Sequence record: NC_041916.1
DNA length: 64,000 nt
Reading direction: 5' to 3' (one strand)
Shown: positions 17,447-26,046 of the stretch, one piece after another
How the letters are laid out: every line of letters starts with the position of its first letter
Position numbering within the stretch: position 1 is the stretch's first letter
Made by a program: the position numbers and the translations under genes
Notes under the pieces: model-generated
What the model saw: the letters and a program-made list of their open reading frames with translations, nothing else
Told to the model about the DNA's origin: nothing
Databases searched by the model: none

Positions 17447-19519
17447 TTAGTGCTCATCGCTGATAATGCGACTGATCTTTTGGTTCACAATAAACAGACC
17501 TAAAGATTCCAATACCGCATACACACACTTCAAGTTTTGCTTGATGATAGAACGAATGTCCGCTGCTTGGATAACTTCCTTAGGAATACCAGTTGCACCT
17601 AAACATTCCTCAGGCACATAAATTGTGGTTAACTTAGCAGTGTCACCAAGGTGAGACGTAGCCGCCGCTTTCATTTCAGGTTCTAATCCATCAACCCACT
17701 CTTTGATTGATGCACGGTTCAACGTTTTCGCATTTACCTTGATAGCCGTGTACGGTAGCTCTGGCGCGTGTCCGTATTTTTTCGCAAACAAACGTTCCCA
17801 TAAGACATGGTACTGGAAGACTGACGATTCAGGTTTCGCGTAGATTTCACCATCTTTGATAGTAGACTTAGTTAACCACACCCATTTGCCATCCTCAACA
17901 TCACGGATGATCTCACGTTCTAATTCCGCCGCACGGAATAAGATATCCGCCGCATCCAACTGACGGTGTTCATGGATGGCATCCAACACTTCCCGCATTA
18001 GACCATGAGCGAAGGCCTTGATGTTCGCAGCTATCTTAGCAGACCTCAGGTGAACCCCTTTGATCTCCATCTCGACTTCTTTGTTCATCACACCCTCTAC
18101 CATGAGCTGAGTCGCATAGTAGTGTTTGGACATAGTGGTTGTCACGTAAGCGCCGAACAAGTATTCGTTCTTCATGTTCAAGCGGTAACGGAAGCGTTTC
18201 GCTACGTTCATGTTCTCTGAGAACTGAGCGTGTTGGTGAACGGCAATCATACGAACGAAGTAAGTTAATACGCCGTTAGTACGAAGTGACGTTGCACGGT
18301 CTTTGGTGTATTCATCTACCACAGTATCCACGGTGTAGATAGAGGAGTCTGTGTCTGACGTTAACACCACTTCACGAATCATGTCTTTGATACTAAAGAC
18401 GCCAGATGGTGGAATCTCTTGTTTCAAGAATACTTCAATGAAGTCTTTCCATTTAATCTCACACTCTAAGTGCCAAGAGTTCAAATGGTTAAGTTGCAGT
18501 TGACTTGGTTTACCAACGATTTTCGATACACACAATACGTATCGGTCACCGTTATCTGGTTTCGGATAATCTTCTTCTTTAGCACCCTCTGGGATTTCAG
18601 GGACCTTAGAGAAGTCATCCAAGAACTCATACAACACTTTACGGTTAGTAACACGAAGACCTTCCAAGTCCATCACACACAATAAAGCGGTTAGCTCTAT
18701 TGGTTTAAAGATGCTGACCATCTCTTCGATGATTTTCATACGAGACGCATTACGCCAGTAACGACCGGTAGAGTGACGAATCATGCTCATCACTTCATCT
18801 ACGGTTGCATGACGCATGTTCAGTTTGTCCATCACTTCCTGCATGCGGGTGAGGTCACTGTACTGAACCGTCGATATAATGTTTTGAAGGGTGTTCTCAA
18901 AGGTGTTGTATAGTCGGTTACCCGCCAACAATTTCTCGTTACAAATGTTGGCGGTTGATGTCAAACCACGACACGTGGATGTCAAAGTGGTGTGACCGGA
19001 CTTGTTCACCAGCGGAGTACCGTTAGAAGACATGGCACCCGACTGAGCGTTGTTAAAGATTTTTAGGGCGTTCTGGATAACGTCGTAGGTTTTCTCTGCC
19101 CACTTGTCACCTGAGCCTTTCGCGTCCTGACGTTTACCTTTGTAGAGCTTACGAAGAGTTAGGAATCGTTCAGTACCGATAGAGTTAACAGACTGTTCTT
19201 CTTCTGAGTTTTTGTACCCCACCAAAGACGGACTTAGGTGGTAGTTGTTGCTGTGAACATTCTCGAAGAACTGCGTGGCTTTCATGATTTTAAGCTCACG
19301 GTCACCGTATTTGTTTTTCTCTAGGACTTTGAACTTACGGTCTTCGTAGGTACCGTTATTAGGACGGAAGTTTTTCTTAACGACTTGACGTGCTTGTTCT
19401 TCGGTTACTCCGAAACGTTTCTGCACGTAGGTAGTCATCTGATTATGATAATGTTTAACAATGTTTCTATCAGAATGATAATCAGGGTCGACAAACGGAG
19501 ACAACATCGGTTGAATCAT
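17447..19519 (-). CDS. Family B DNA polymerase, palm-containing subunit of the split phiKZ-type polymerase (gp50-like)
   Basis: Motif B-like QNALKIFNNAQSG, motif C SDTDS, and K.Y and EIKGV motifs; no N-terminal exonuclease motifs seen; 690 aa. Confidence 0.88.
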   Translation of the reverse strand: MIQPMLSPFVDPDYHSDRNIVKHYHNQMTTYVQKRFGVTEEQARQVVKKNFRPNNGTYEDRKFKVLEKNKYGDRELKIMKATQFFENVHSNNYHLSPSLVGYKNSEEEQSVNSIGTERFLTLRKLYKGKRQDAKGSGDKWAEKTYDVIQNALKIFNNAQSGAMSSNGTPLVNKSGHTTLTSTCRGLTSTANICNEKLLAGNRLYNTFENTLQNIISTVQYSDLTRMQEVMDKLNMRHATVDEVMSMIRHSTGRYWRNASRMKIIEEMVSIFKPIELTALLCVMDLEGLRVTNRKVLYEFLDDFSKVPEIPEGAKEEDYPKPDNGDRYVLCVSKIVGKPSQLQLNHLNSWHLECEIKWKDFIEVFLKQEIPPSGVFSIKDMIREVVLTSDTDSSIYTVDTVVDEYTKDRATSLRTNGVLTYFVRMIAVHQHAQFSENMNVAKRFRYRLNMKNEYLFGAYVTTTMSKHYYATQLMVEGVMNKEVEMEIKGVHLRSAKIAANIKAFAHGLMREVLDAIHEHRQLDAADILFRAAELEREIIRDVEDGKWVWLTKSTIKDGEIYAKPESSVFQYHVLWERLFAKKYGHAPELPYTAIKVNAKTLNRASIKEWVDGLEPEMKAAATSHLGDTAKLTTIYVPEECLGATGIPKEVIQAADIRSIIKQNLKCVYAVLESLGLFIVNQKISRIISDEH

Positions 19520-19580
19520 TATATCACTCCAAAGTAAAAATTTATAGTTTATGCTAAATCATTTACCTCGGAGTTAAGGA

Positions 19581-20021
19581 TTACTTCCAAGTATTTTTTA
19601 GCTGTATAATATGCTCTCGTTTTTCTTCAATGCGTTCACCTAAACGAGCACGTTGGGATTCCATTCCGGCCACGTCTAACTCCATGCGTTTTAGCACACG
19701 ATCACGACATTCCGCTAATCCAACAGGTAGATGGAATTGTGAAGTCAAGAAAGTTTTCTTTTCTTTACGGGTTTCAAAGTTAGAATAAGAATACTCACAT
19801 ACATCGGGATGAGAGTCACACCATAAAGTCGTTTTCTCTCGGTTAAGGAGCAATGGTTTACTTAGGTCGCAACAGCGAGGACAGAACCAAGTTTGGGTTA
19901 AATCCAGATGAGCAAACGGACCTTGGTACCCTTCCATGGTGATTAAAGGGTAAGCTTTTTGCCATTCGACTTTTTGTTCTTCATTAAAAGCCAGTTCTTC
20001 TGATGGGTTACATTGTTGCAT
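19581..20021 (-). CDS. Hypothetical zinc-finger plus coiled-coil protein
   Basis: CPRC-x18-CDSHPDVC cluster and a heptad-like C-terminal helix; GGAG SD. Confidence 0.6.
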   Translation of the reverse strand: MQQCNPSEELAFNEEQKVEWQKAYPLITMEGYQGPFAHLDLTQTWFCPRCCDLSKPLLLNREKTTLWCDSHPDVCEYSYSNFETRKEKKTFLTSQFHLPVGLAECRDRVLKRMELDVAGMESQRARLGERIEEKREHIIQLKNTWK

Positions 20022-20054
20022 GAGAAATCTCCAAAAAAATAAGAAAGTGGTAAA

Positions 20055-20081
20055 CTACCCTACCCGTAATGGGTAGGGTAG
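20055..20081 (-). terminator. Terminator hairpin
   Basis: CTACCCTACCC-GTAAT-GGGTAGGGTAG, a perfect 11-bp stem after the 20085 stop, with a T-rich tract following on the minus strand. Confidence 0.7.
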
Positions 20082-20084
20082 GGA

Positions 20085-20495
20085 TTACTTGTCTGTGTCT
20101 TTAATGGTGTAGGTAGCACCAAGTGAAGCCAACAAGTCTTTAATAGGTTCACCGAACCATTCTGACCAGTTAGTGATGGTGATGGTCTTAGATTGTGTAT
20201 TCACTACTTTCAATGAGTTCTTCACGATCCAAGGTTCACCAATGGCTTCTACGACACCATTAGGATGACGAACTAAGATGTATTGGTAGTCCGTCGGGTT
20301 AATAGCATCAGGATAAGCGCCTTTGAAGTAAGTGCGTAGGTTTTGGTGTTTGATGTTGATGTCCGTAGTCACCATCACCGCTACCGCATGCCCTACCGTA
20401 CCTTGGTACGTCACACCTTCAAAACCACTGTTCATCAAACCAGATTCCACGACGCGGAAACTGATCAGATCTTCCTGACCAATGTTGTAAATCAC
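20085..20495 (-). CDS. Conserved hypothetical protein (phiKZ gp49 position)
   Basis: 136 aa, GTG start with AAGGAG SD; last gene of a tightly packed operon upstream of the polymerase. Confidence 0.7.
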   Translation of the reverse strand: MIYNIGQEDLISFRVVESGLMNSGFEGVTYQGTVGHAVAVMVTTDINIKHQNLRTYFKGAYPDAINPTDYQYILVRHPNGVVEAIGEPWIVKNSLKVVNTQSKTITITNWSEWFGEPIKDLLASLGATYTIKDTDK

Positions 20496-20521
20496 TGTAC
20501 TTCTCCTTTATCATCGCAGGC

Positions 20522-20851
20522 TTACTGCCTATAAAAATGCTCATAAACGATGCGACTCATCAAGACAACCAACGGGCACTCGCACACTAACCCATTGTCC
20601 CACGTCACACGATATCCAACTCGATCTAAGATCACCGGCACATACATGACTTGAAATGATGGGTCGACCATCAAGTAAGAAGTGATGATTGGGTCTGGGT
20701 CTTCACCCTGATCATTGAGCGCGGCAACATGGGAGTGTAAATGGGTTCCCAACATTTGTGAGGTTAAAACTCCATTGTCGGGGTCATACATCTGGTTAAT
20801 GTAGGCGGTAAGTCCCGGGTAATCAACATTAGCCAATAGGTATGTATTCAT
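20522..20851 (-). CDS. Hypothetical protein (109 aa)
   Basis: GGAG SD; overlaps the upstream ORF; part of a packed operon. Confidence 0.7.
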   Translation of the reverse strand: MNTYLLANVDYPGLTAYINQMYDPDNGVLTSQMLGTHLHSHVAALNDQGEDPDPIITSYLMVDPSFQVMYVPVILDRVGYRVTWDNGLVCECPLVVLMSRIVYEHFYRQ

Positions 20852-21173
20852 GTGTTCGATCTCCGTTACAAGTGAACATTAACGTCACCTGATTGGCTCC
20901 GAACTTAGCATCGGTTAACTCCACGGAACTGTACTGGTTGCAAAGAGAAGCTAACACTTGGTTAAGCTGGATGGCTTCTGACAGCAACGCCGATTTAGAC
21001 TCTGGGATGGGATGATCAAGTTCTTCATCGGTCATTGCGTAAAGATTGTGACTGATTCCGCGAGCACTGATAAGCTTGCCAATAAAAGAACACAAGCGTT
21101 CAATATCCGTAGCGGGAGGAACATTCATCAAATGGGTAAAAATTCTGTTATTGTTCACGTAGACACTCCACAA
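20829..21173 (-). CDS. Hypothetical protein (114 aa)
   Basis: Overlaps both neighbours within the operon. Confidence 0.65.
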   Translation of the reverse strand: MWSVYVNNNRIFTHLMNVPPATDIERLCSFIGKLISARGISHNLYAMTDEELDHPIPESKSALLSEAIQLNQVLASLCNQYSSVELTDAKFGANQVTLMFTCNGDRTHEYIPIG

Positions 21174-21552
21174 TCATGCCTCTTGGGACTTTGGTGTTTG
21201 GGACGGGCAAATAATTAACGATCGTATTTCCCACAAGCAATTCATCCATGGCTTCCACTAAAATGACGCCAAGGGCTTTTAACTCATGTTCGGTAGTTAA
21301 CCAAGGAAAGTCATCGACCAAGTCTAAACGAATCAAGTTCTCTAAGACTTGGACTAACATGTTACCTTTGGCTAATTCTACCGCTTGCTCTCGCCCCCAA
21401 GAAACAACGTTTTCATAAGCCAACACAAAGAAAGTGTGGAGCAACGGACCTTGGTCAATCCCAGTGAAATGGGTCAGCTGGCGACGCTCGATAAAATCCG
21501 CCATCGGCTCCATCAGAAAAAGTATCTTCATCGCACTCTTCCGTATCTTCAT
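21148..21552 (-). CDS. Hypothetical protein (134 aa or shorter; start uncertain)
   Basis: Operon member; the longest ORF overlaps the upstream gene by 98 nt, so the true start may lie further in. Confidence 0.6.
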   Translation of the reverse strand: MKIRKSAMKILFLMEPMADFIERRQLTHFTGIDQGPLLHTFFVLAYENVVSWGREQAVELAKGNMLVQVLENLIRLDLVDDFPWLTTEHELKALGVILVEAMDELLVGNTIVNYLPVPNTKVPRGMIVECLREQ

Positions 21553-22036
21553 GGTGAATGGTTACAAACATGCATCTCACGTGTGGCAAGGAAATCAACA
21601 CAGGATGCTCGAATCTAGTATTTGGAGTGAGTTGGTAAATGACCTGTAAGATCAAATAACGTATATCATCCAATATTAAATCCAGCACGTCAGTTGAATA
21701 ATACTTATGCAAGATGCGTGTATCGTACTCTTTATGTTCTTCCACAATGACAAAATCCATGTGTCCCTTCACTTTATCGAAATAATGTGTGGGTTGGTAA
21801 TTGGCTCGGTCACTGGGGAGTGTACGATACTCGAAGGTGCCGTAGTCTCCCAGTCCTTTTACGGTACTGGCAACTAGGGCAGCCGCAACTTCAGCGGTTT
21901 TATCCAAAGGTATGGAGCGAAGGTCATTATCCCACATGAGTTGAGTAATGACCGTATCGAACACTTCGGATATGCTTACAGAGTAAGTGTTAAGATTGGA
22001 TGAAGTTGGACATTTGATCTGGAGTCGGATTGTCAC
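21455..22036 (-). CDS. Hypothetical protein (193 aa or shorter; start uncertain)
   Basis: Operon member with an acidic C-terminus. Confidence 0.6.
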   Translation of the reverse strand: MTIRLQIKCPTSSNLNTYSVSISEVFDTVITQLMWDNDLRSIPLDKTAEVAAALVASTVKGLGDYGTFEYRTLPSDRANYQPTHYFDKVKGHMDFVIVEEHKEYDTRILHKYYSTDVLDLILDDIRYLILQVIYQLTPNTRFEHPVLISLPHVRCMFVTIHHEDTEECDEDTFSDGADGGFYRASPADPFHWD

Positions 22037-22445
22037 TGATCATTTCTCCTAAAGAAGTCGTAGGGTTAAATGGCTCGTAACAGTCAGCTATAGTGGAATC
22101 AAGATCCATTACTACAAGCAATTGGTTGATTTCACCACTGTGGTCGCGACCACGGTAATCACTGAGTTGTACCTTGATGCGAGGGTCCCAACCTGCACGG
22201 TGAGTGTATTCCTTGATACCTTCGTAAACTGAGATGTACGTAGGTTCTACCGCGAGGTTATTTCCGATCGTAGTGGTTAGATGACCGATGCGGTCGTATA
22301 GGTTTGTCGCATCCATGGAGTTGTACAACACAATGACGTCTTCCACGATGATCTGTGCAAACGGAGCGATCTCAATACGAGAGTGGTTGAGTTGATCGAA
22401 CGTGAGCAAGTTATCCACAATGGATCTGATATCGATAAAATACAT
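21990..22445 (-). CDS. Hypothetical protein (151 aa)
   Basis: GAGGT SD directly upstream of the ATG. Confidence 0.7.
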   Translation of the reverse strand: MYFIDIRSIVDNLLTFDQLNHSRIEIAPFAQIIVEDVIVLYNSMDATNLYDRIGHLTTTIGNNLAVEPTYISVYEGIKEYTHRAGWDPRIKVQLSDYRGRDHSGEINQLLVVMDLDSTIADCYEPFNPTTSLGEMISDNPTPDQMSNFIQS

Positions 22446-22453
22446 GACTACCT

Positions 22454-22759
22454 CTATTTAAAAAACTTAACTGAAAAACAATGTTGATTAGCTGGCTTAA
22501 TACCTACGTTGACTTCCGTAGGGATACCGTTGGCTTGATCAGCGATAGCCGTTCGAATATGAGCTCGAACAGGAGCAAGGTCGGATGGGGTACCTTGTAC
22601 GTGTTGAACGTGGCTCACATGGTAACCTAATTCGATCAAAGCTTCTTGGATTAAACCGATGGAGGTTTCTGATTCTGCACCGGGCGGTAAAGCATTGCTG
22701 AAATCTGATAAACAGATTCCAACTAAAGATAAGGTTTTGGTCATAATTGTTTCCGTCAT
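22454..22759 (-). CDS. Hypothetical protein (about 100 aa)
   Basis: First gene of the 22.7-20.1 kb operon; the start may be the second Met at 22744. Confidence 0.6.
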   Translation of the reverse strand: MTETIMTKTLSLVGICLSDFSNALPPGAESETSIGLIQEALIELGYHVSHVQHVQGTPSDLAPVRAHIRTAIADQANGIPTEVNVGIKPANQHCFSVKFFK

Positions 22760-22890
22760 TAAAGCGCGTGTAAGGGACTAGATGATTCACATCACAGTTA
22801 TCCTTTACACTGGGTTAGCGTGCATGGTTAAAGAGCCTTAAATGGCGTTACAGGAAGCTTACCGGTGATAGCTAAAAATAATCGGAAAGC

Positions 22891-23384
22891 AAAAAAATAC
22901 CATCTCCCGAAGGAGATGGTCATGCATTTTTTGTCACCTAAGTGACGCATGGAACGCAGTGGTGGTGTCGGAACACCCGAACTGTATTCTCCTAAGGAGA
23001 ACTAATAGGTATTGGAGGACCTATTAGAGAAGAACACAGCCGGCTGTAGAGACAGCAAGTTCGCCACATTTAAAAAATGGCCGGAAGGCGAACGTATCTT
23101 CAGAAGAGGAAAGGGAAAACCTCTAATGAGAATGTGGCGTCCCGTCGAATAGCAGCTCAATCGTGACAAGGGGCACGAACTACCCGACCGGACATAATAA
23201 GTGTCCGTCAATTTTCATTAACGGACGTGCGCTTTATATCTACTGATCTGTAACTAACCAATTGGGGGTTGGTAAGTTTGTGGTGAGACTTACGGCTATC
23301 TGCATCTCTGCCGTGATTCGCGGTAAGTACCTGTAGGTGTTCAAATTCGACATCTGAGCAGACGCTCGATTTATTCTCACCACA
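22891..23384 (-). ncRNA. Candidate ~490-nt structured non-coding RNA (family not recognised)
   Basis: About a dozen hairpins and long-range stems in an otherwise gene-dense genome, including a perfect 10-bp pair (23375-23384 with 23279-23288), a GAAA-capped stem (23203-23226) and a terminal cUUCGg terminator. No credible ORF. Confidence 0.5.
22899..22920 (-). terminator. Rho-independent terminator with a cUUCGg loop
   Basis: Minus strand ACCATCTCC-TTCG-GGAGATGGT followed by ATTTTTTTG. Confidence 0.85.
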
Positions 23385-23400
23385 TAGTATTACACTTCAG

Positions 23401-24105
23401 TTATATAGCGTTGATTAATTTTAGTTGGCGGTACTGCTTAGGACCTACGTCATAACGTTTGGTAAACTGCACAACAAAATAGTGATAGCTTACAAACCCG
23501 CACTCGGTCGCGATTTGTCGAGGTGTCAGTTTAGGTTTAAATAGCAACTTAGCTGCTTCTTCTAAACGCATGGTTACTAAACGTTCTTCGAAAGTACTGT
23601 CATAAACGATCTTCATAATCTCTTGCACTTCTTCTTTGCTGAGATTGAAGTCGTCTTGAACTCGAGTTAGGGTTAACTCAGGTTCGCGGAAGTGTCTGAT
23701 CAGGTATTTACGAAGTTCGTTTTGTGTCACTTCATTGATGCGTTTAGGATAAGTTTCTCGATCACCATCCTTAACTTTGCAGATTATTGATTTACGATAA
23801 TCGGTCGGCGACATCCCAGTGTAGTCTTTAAAACGACGCTCGAAGCTAGCACGAGCACCATAACCAACTTCATCATGAATGGTGAGAGGGTTAATCATGT
23901 CTAGACTAAGAAGGTGTTTAGCGTGTCCCATGCGAGCTTCTACTAACATCTCCTTAACCGATGGGTGGTTATGTTTCTCTAGGAAACGTCCCATGCTTGG
24001 CCCACTCATATTGAGCCGTGCGTAAATCTTAGCGGAGGCTTTGCTTTCTGCAAATAGTTCTTTGACTGCGGCTTCGATTTTTAAAATGGTTTCTTGGGTA
24101 TCCAT
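23401..24105 (-). CDS. AraC/XylS-family protein made of two tandem DNA-binding domains, no sensor domain
   Basis: Two AraC signature ends, VGYGARASFERRFKDYTGMSPTDYRK and IATECGFVSYHYFVVQFTKRYDVGPKQYRQ, each preceded by an R(M)xxAxxLL helix. Confidence 0.85.
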   Translation of the reverse strand: MDTQETILKIEAAVKELFAESKASAKIYARLNMSGPSMGRFLEKHNHPSVKEMLVEARMGHAKHLLSLDMINPLTIHDEVGYGARASFERRFKDYTGMSPTDYRKSIICKVKDGDRETYPKRINEVTQNELRKYLIRHFREPELTLTRVQDDFNLSKEEVQEIMKIVYDSTFEERLVTMRLEEAAKLLFKPKLTPRQIATECGFVSYHYFVVQFTKRYDVGPKQYRQLKLINAI

Positions 24106-24107
24106 AA

Positions 24108-24815
24108 CTACTTACTCTTAAAAGAATTGGCGTACGTTTGAGGATGTGTACGGAATTGTTGTTTAAATAACGTCACGAAGTATTGGAAGGAACATATCCC
24201 TATTTGCCCGTGTATGCTCGTCACATCAATCTTTGGGTTTTCACGGATTAAGTCAGAGGCGATTTTCATTCGTAGCGATTTACGCCAATCCGTGTAGGTC
24301 ATTCCGTAATAGTGTTCGAACATTTCACCCAAACACGACCCCGGTAGTTTAAATCGAGATTCTAGATCTCTCAAGGTGTAGTTACACTGTATGTTTTCGG
24401 TAACGAACTTCTTGATAGACTCTCGAAGTGATTCGGGATATAACACATCCATTTGTGGGACCGAGATAGGTTCAGTAATCACACCCGCATAGAACGTATA
24501 TTCCTCAGTAGGTGTGGTGGAAAAAGATTCCTGATAAACTCGGGTAAATGCGCGGTGCGAGCTGTACCCGCATTCCTTATAGACCGAAGTTGGTTTGACT
24601 CCATTCATCAGTAGCTGCTTGGCATGGCGCATACGAACACCCCGGAGATAAGCCCCGGGGGTGGTATCCAGTTGACGACGAAAGAGGTCAGTGACCCCAT
24701 TCATGCTCATCCCTAGTTGATCGCCGATATCTTTAGCTCGGATGGTACGGTGAAAGTTTTTATCGACCCATTTTAAGGTGTCTTGAAATAATTGTTCTCT
24801 GAACGATTGTTGCAT
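24108..24815 (-). CDS. AraC/XylS-family protein made of two tandem DNA-binding domains
   Basis: RMRHAKQLL...ECGYSSHRAFTRVYQESFSTTP and RMKIASDLI...IGICSFQYFVTLFKQQFRTHPQTY. Confidence 0.85.
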   Translation of the reverse strand: MQQSFREQLFQDTLKWVDKNFHRTIRAKDIGDQLGMSMNGVTDLFRRQLDTTPGAYLRGVRMRHAKQLLMNGVKPTSVYKECGYSSHRAFTRVYQESFSTTPTEEYTFYAGVITEPISVPQMDVLYPESLRESIKKFVTENIQCNYTLRDLESRFKLPGSCLGEMFEHYYGMTYTDWRKSLRMKIASDLIRENPKIDVTSIHGQIGICSFQYFVTLFKQQFRTHPQTYANSFKSK

Positions 24816-24827
24816 GGTAATAAACCT

Positions 24828-25976
24828 TTAATGTAGTTCTATGTTTTTGACTCCGACTTCGATGTACTTTTTGAATTGCTCGGTGTCCTTTAAACGCATT
24901 ACACGTTCTGGATGTTTGCGAGCTTCTGTCGGGGTCAAGCCGAAATGACGTTTAAAAGAAGTACAGAACGAACTGCGCTTGCCACTGGTCGCTACGCTGA
25001 AAATACGTTCCATACTCCATTTGGTGTTTAGAATAAGGTATAGTGAAGCTTCGAGTTCTAATGCACGGTAAACACATTTAGCGTTCATCCCAGTGGCGTG
25101 TAAGAACATCTTAGTCCAATTACCGTAATGAACACCGTAGAACTTTTGGATGTCTCGGATAGGTTGATGGTCTGTAAAGACTTCTTCCGCGAGGTGTTCT
25201 AAGATCTCATCCATCAAATGTTGGTTAACCCAACGTTGCTCCCCACACACTATCGCGGTAAAACCGTAGCTGTGTTCACGACCGTAGTCGAACGTCGTCT
25301 TCCCGTAATACTTTTTAAACATGAGATTAAAACCAGTGATGCGGGTTTGACGAACGTGTTTTAAAATAGTACGTTTGATCCAACCTCTCTGTTCAATCTG
25401 CTTAGCAATGTGATCACATTGTATCTTAATCAAGTATTCCTTAGGGTAGAGTCCGTTGGCTCGTTTAAAAGCACGGCGAACACTGACATCAGCAAATACC
25501 GTATCTTCCATCACTTCACTGACATTAACGATACGGGTGAAGTTTTGATCAATCACTTCCTTTAAACGAATCGCCACTTCGTTCGGGGTGTCAGTTGAAG
25601 GGGATTTACCTTCGGTCTCCATCTTAAACGCGATGCGATGTTTAATCGGTGATAACTTAGCGTGATGGATGTACCAATTCGTAAAGCGATGGACGTTTTC
25701 ATAAAGTAAGTCTTTCATGATCTCGCTAATAGGACGATCGGTTCGAGTAACTTCATGCATAGCGTATTCGCTGCGAAGTTTACCTAAGTAGTATTTAGGG
25801 CTTTCCAACCCATCCCTTGCAAACGCGTAACGTAATTGGTGAGGTCCAACGTTAAACGTTTCAGCGACATCCCGTGCCATGGTAATCGATTTAAAATTAT
25901 GCTTGATGTAATCGAGCGTGCGTTTTACCAATGCATCTTGGGTTTCTGGTAAAGAAGGAATGTAAGCAACGGACAT
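24828..25976 (-). CDS. AraC/XylS-family protein made of three tandem, more divergent DNA-binding domains
   Basis: Three ~100-aa units starting LDYIKHNF, LKEVIDQNF and ILEHLAEEVF, and ending F..W..HAKLSP.KHR, F.LMFKKYYGKT..DY and F..SFKRHFGLTPTEARK. Confidence 0.8.
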   Translation of the reverse strand: MSVAYIPSLPETQDALVKRTLDYIKHNFKSITMARDVAETFNVGPHQLRYAFARDGLESPKYYLGKLRSEYAMHEVTRTDRPISEIMKDLLYENVHRFTNWYIHHAKLSPIKHRIAFKMETEGKSPSTDTPNEVAIRLKEVIDQNFTRIVNVSEVMEDTVFADVSVRRAFKRANGLYPKEYLIKIQCDHIAKQIEQRGWIKRTILKHVRQTRITGFNLMFKKYYGKTTFDYGREHSYGFTAIVCGEQRWVNQHLMDEILEHLAEEVFTDHQPIRDIQKFYGVHYGNWTKMFLHATGMNAKCVYRALELEASLYLILNTKWSMERIFSVATSGKRSSFCTSFKRHFGLTPTEARKHPERVMRLKDTEQFKKYIEVGVKNIELH

Positions 25977-26009
25977 AATAATAATCCTTAAATGAAAAAA
26001 TAAACATAA

Positions 26010-26039
26010 CCCCTACCCCGCTTGTGACAGGATAGGGGG
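26010..26039 (-). terminator. Terminator between the 26047 gene and the AraC cluster
   Basis: Minus strand CCCCTATCC...GGGTAGGGG stem followed by TTATGTTTATTTTTT. Confidence 0.6.
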
Positions 26040-26046
26040 AACTAAG

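Noticed and set aside
23130-23165. tmRNA-like string GCTG...ATTCGACGGGA on the minus strand
   Set aside because: No matching acceptor-stem 3' half, T-arm or CCA end in either the standard or permuted order.
23002-23211. 69-aa minus-strand ORF inside the structured spacer
   Set aside because: No SD, atypical composition, and the region is better explained by base-pairing.
23335-23355. tRNA T-loop-like GTTCAAAT
   Set aside because: Stem geometry does not give a 5-bp T-arm, and no D or anticodon arms are properly placed.
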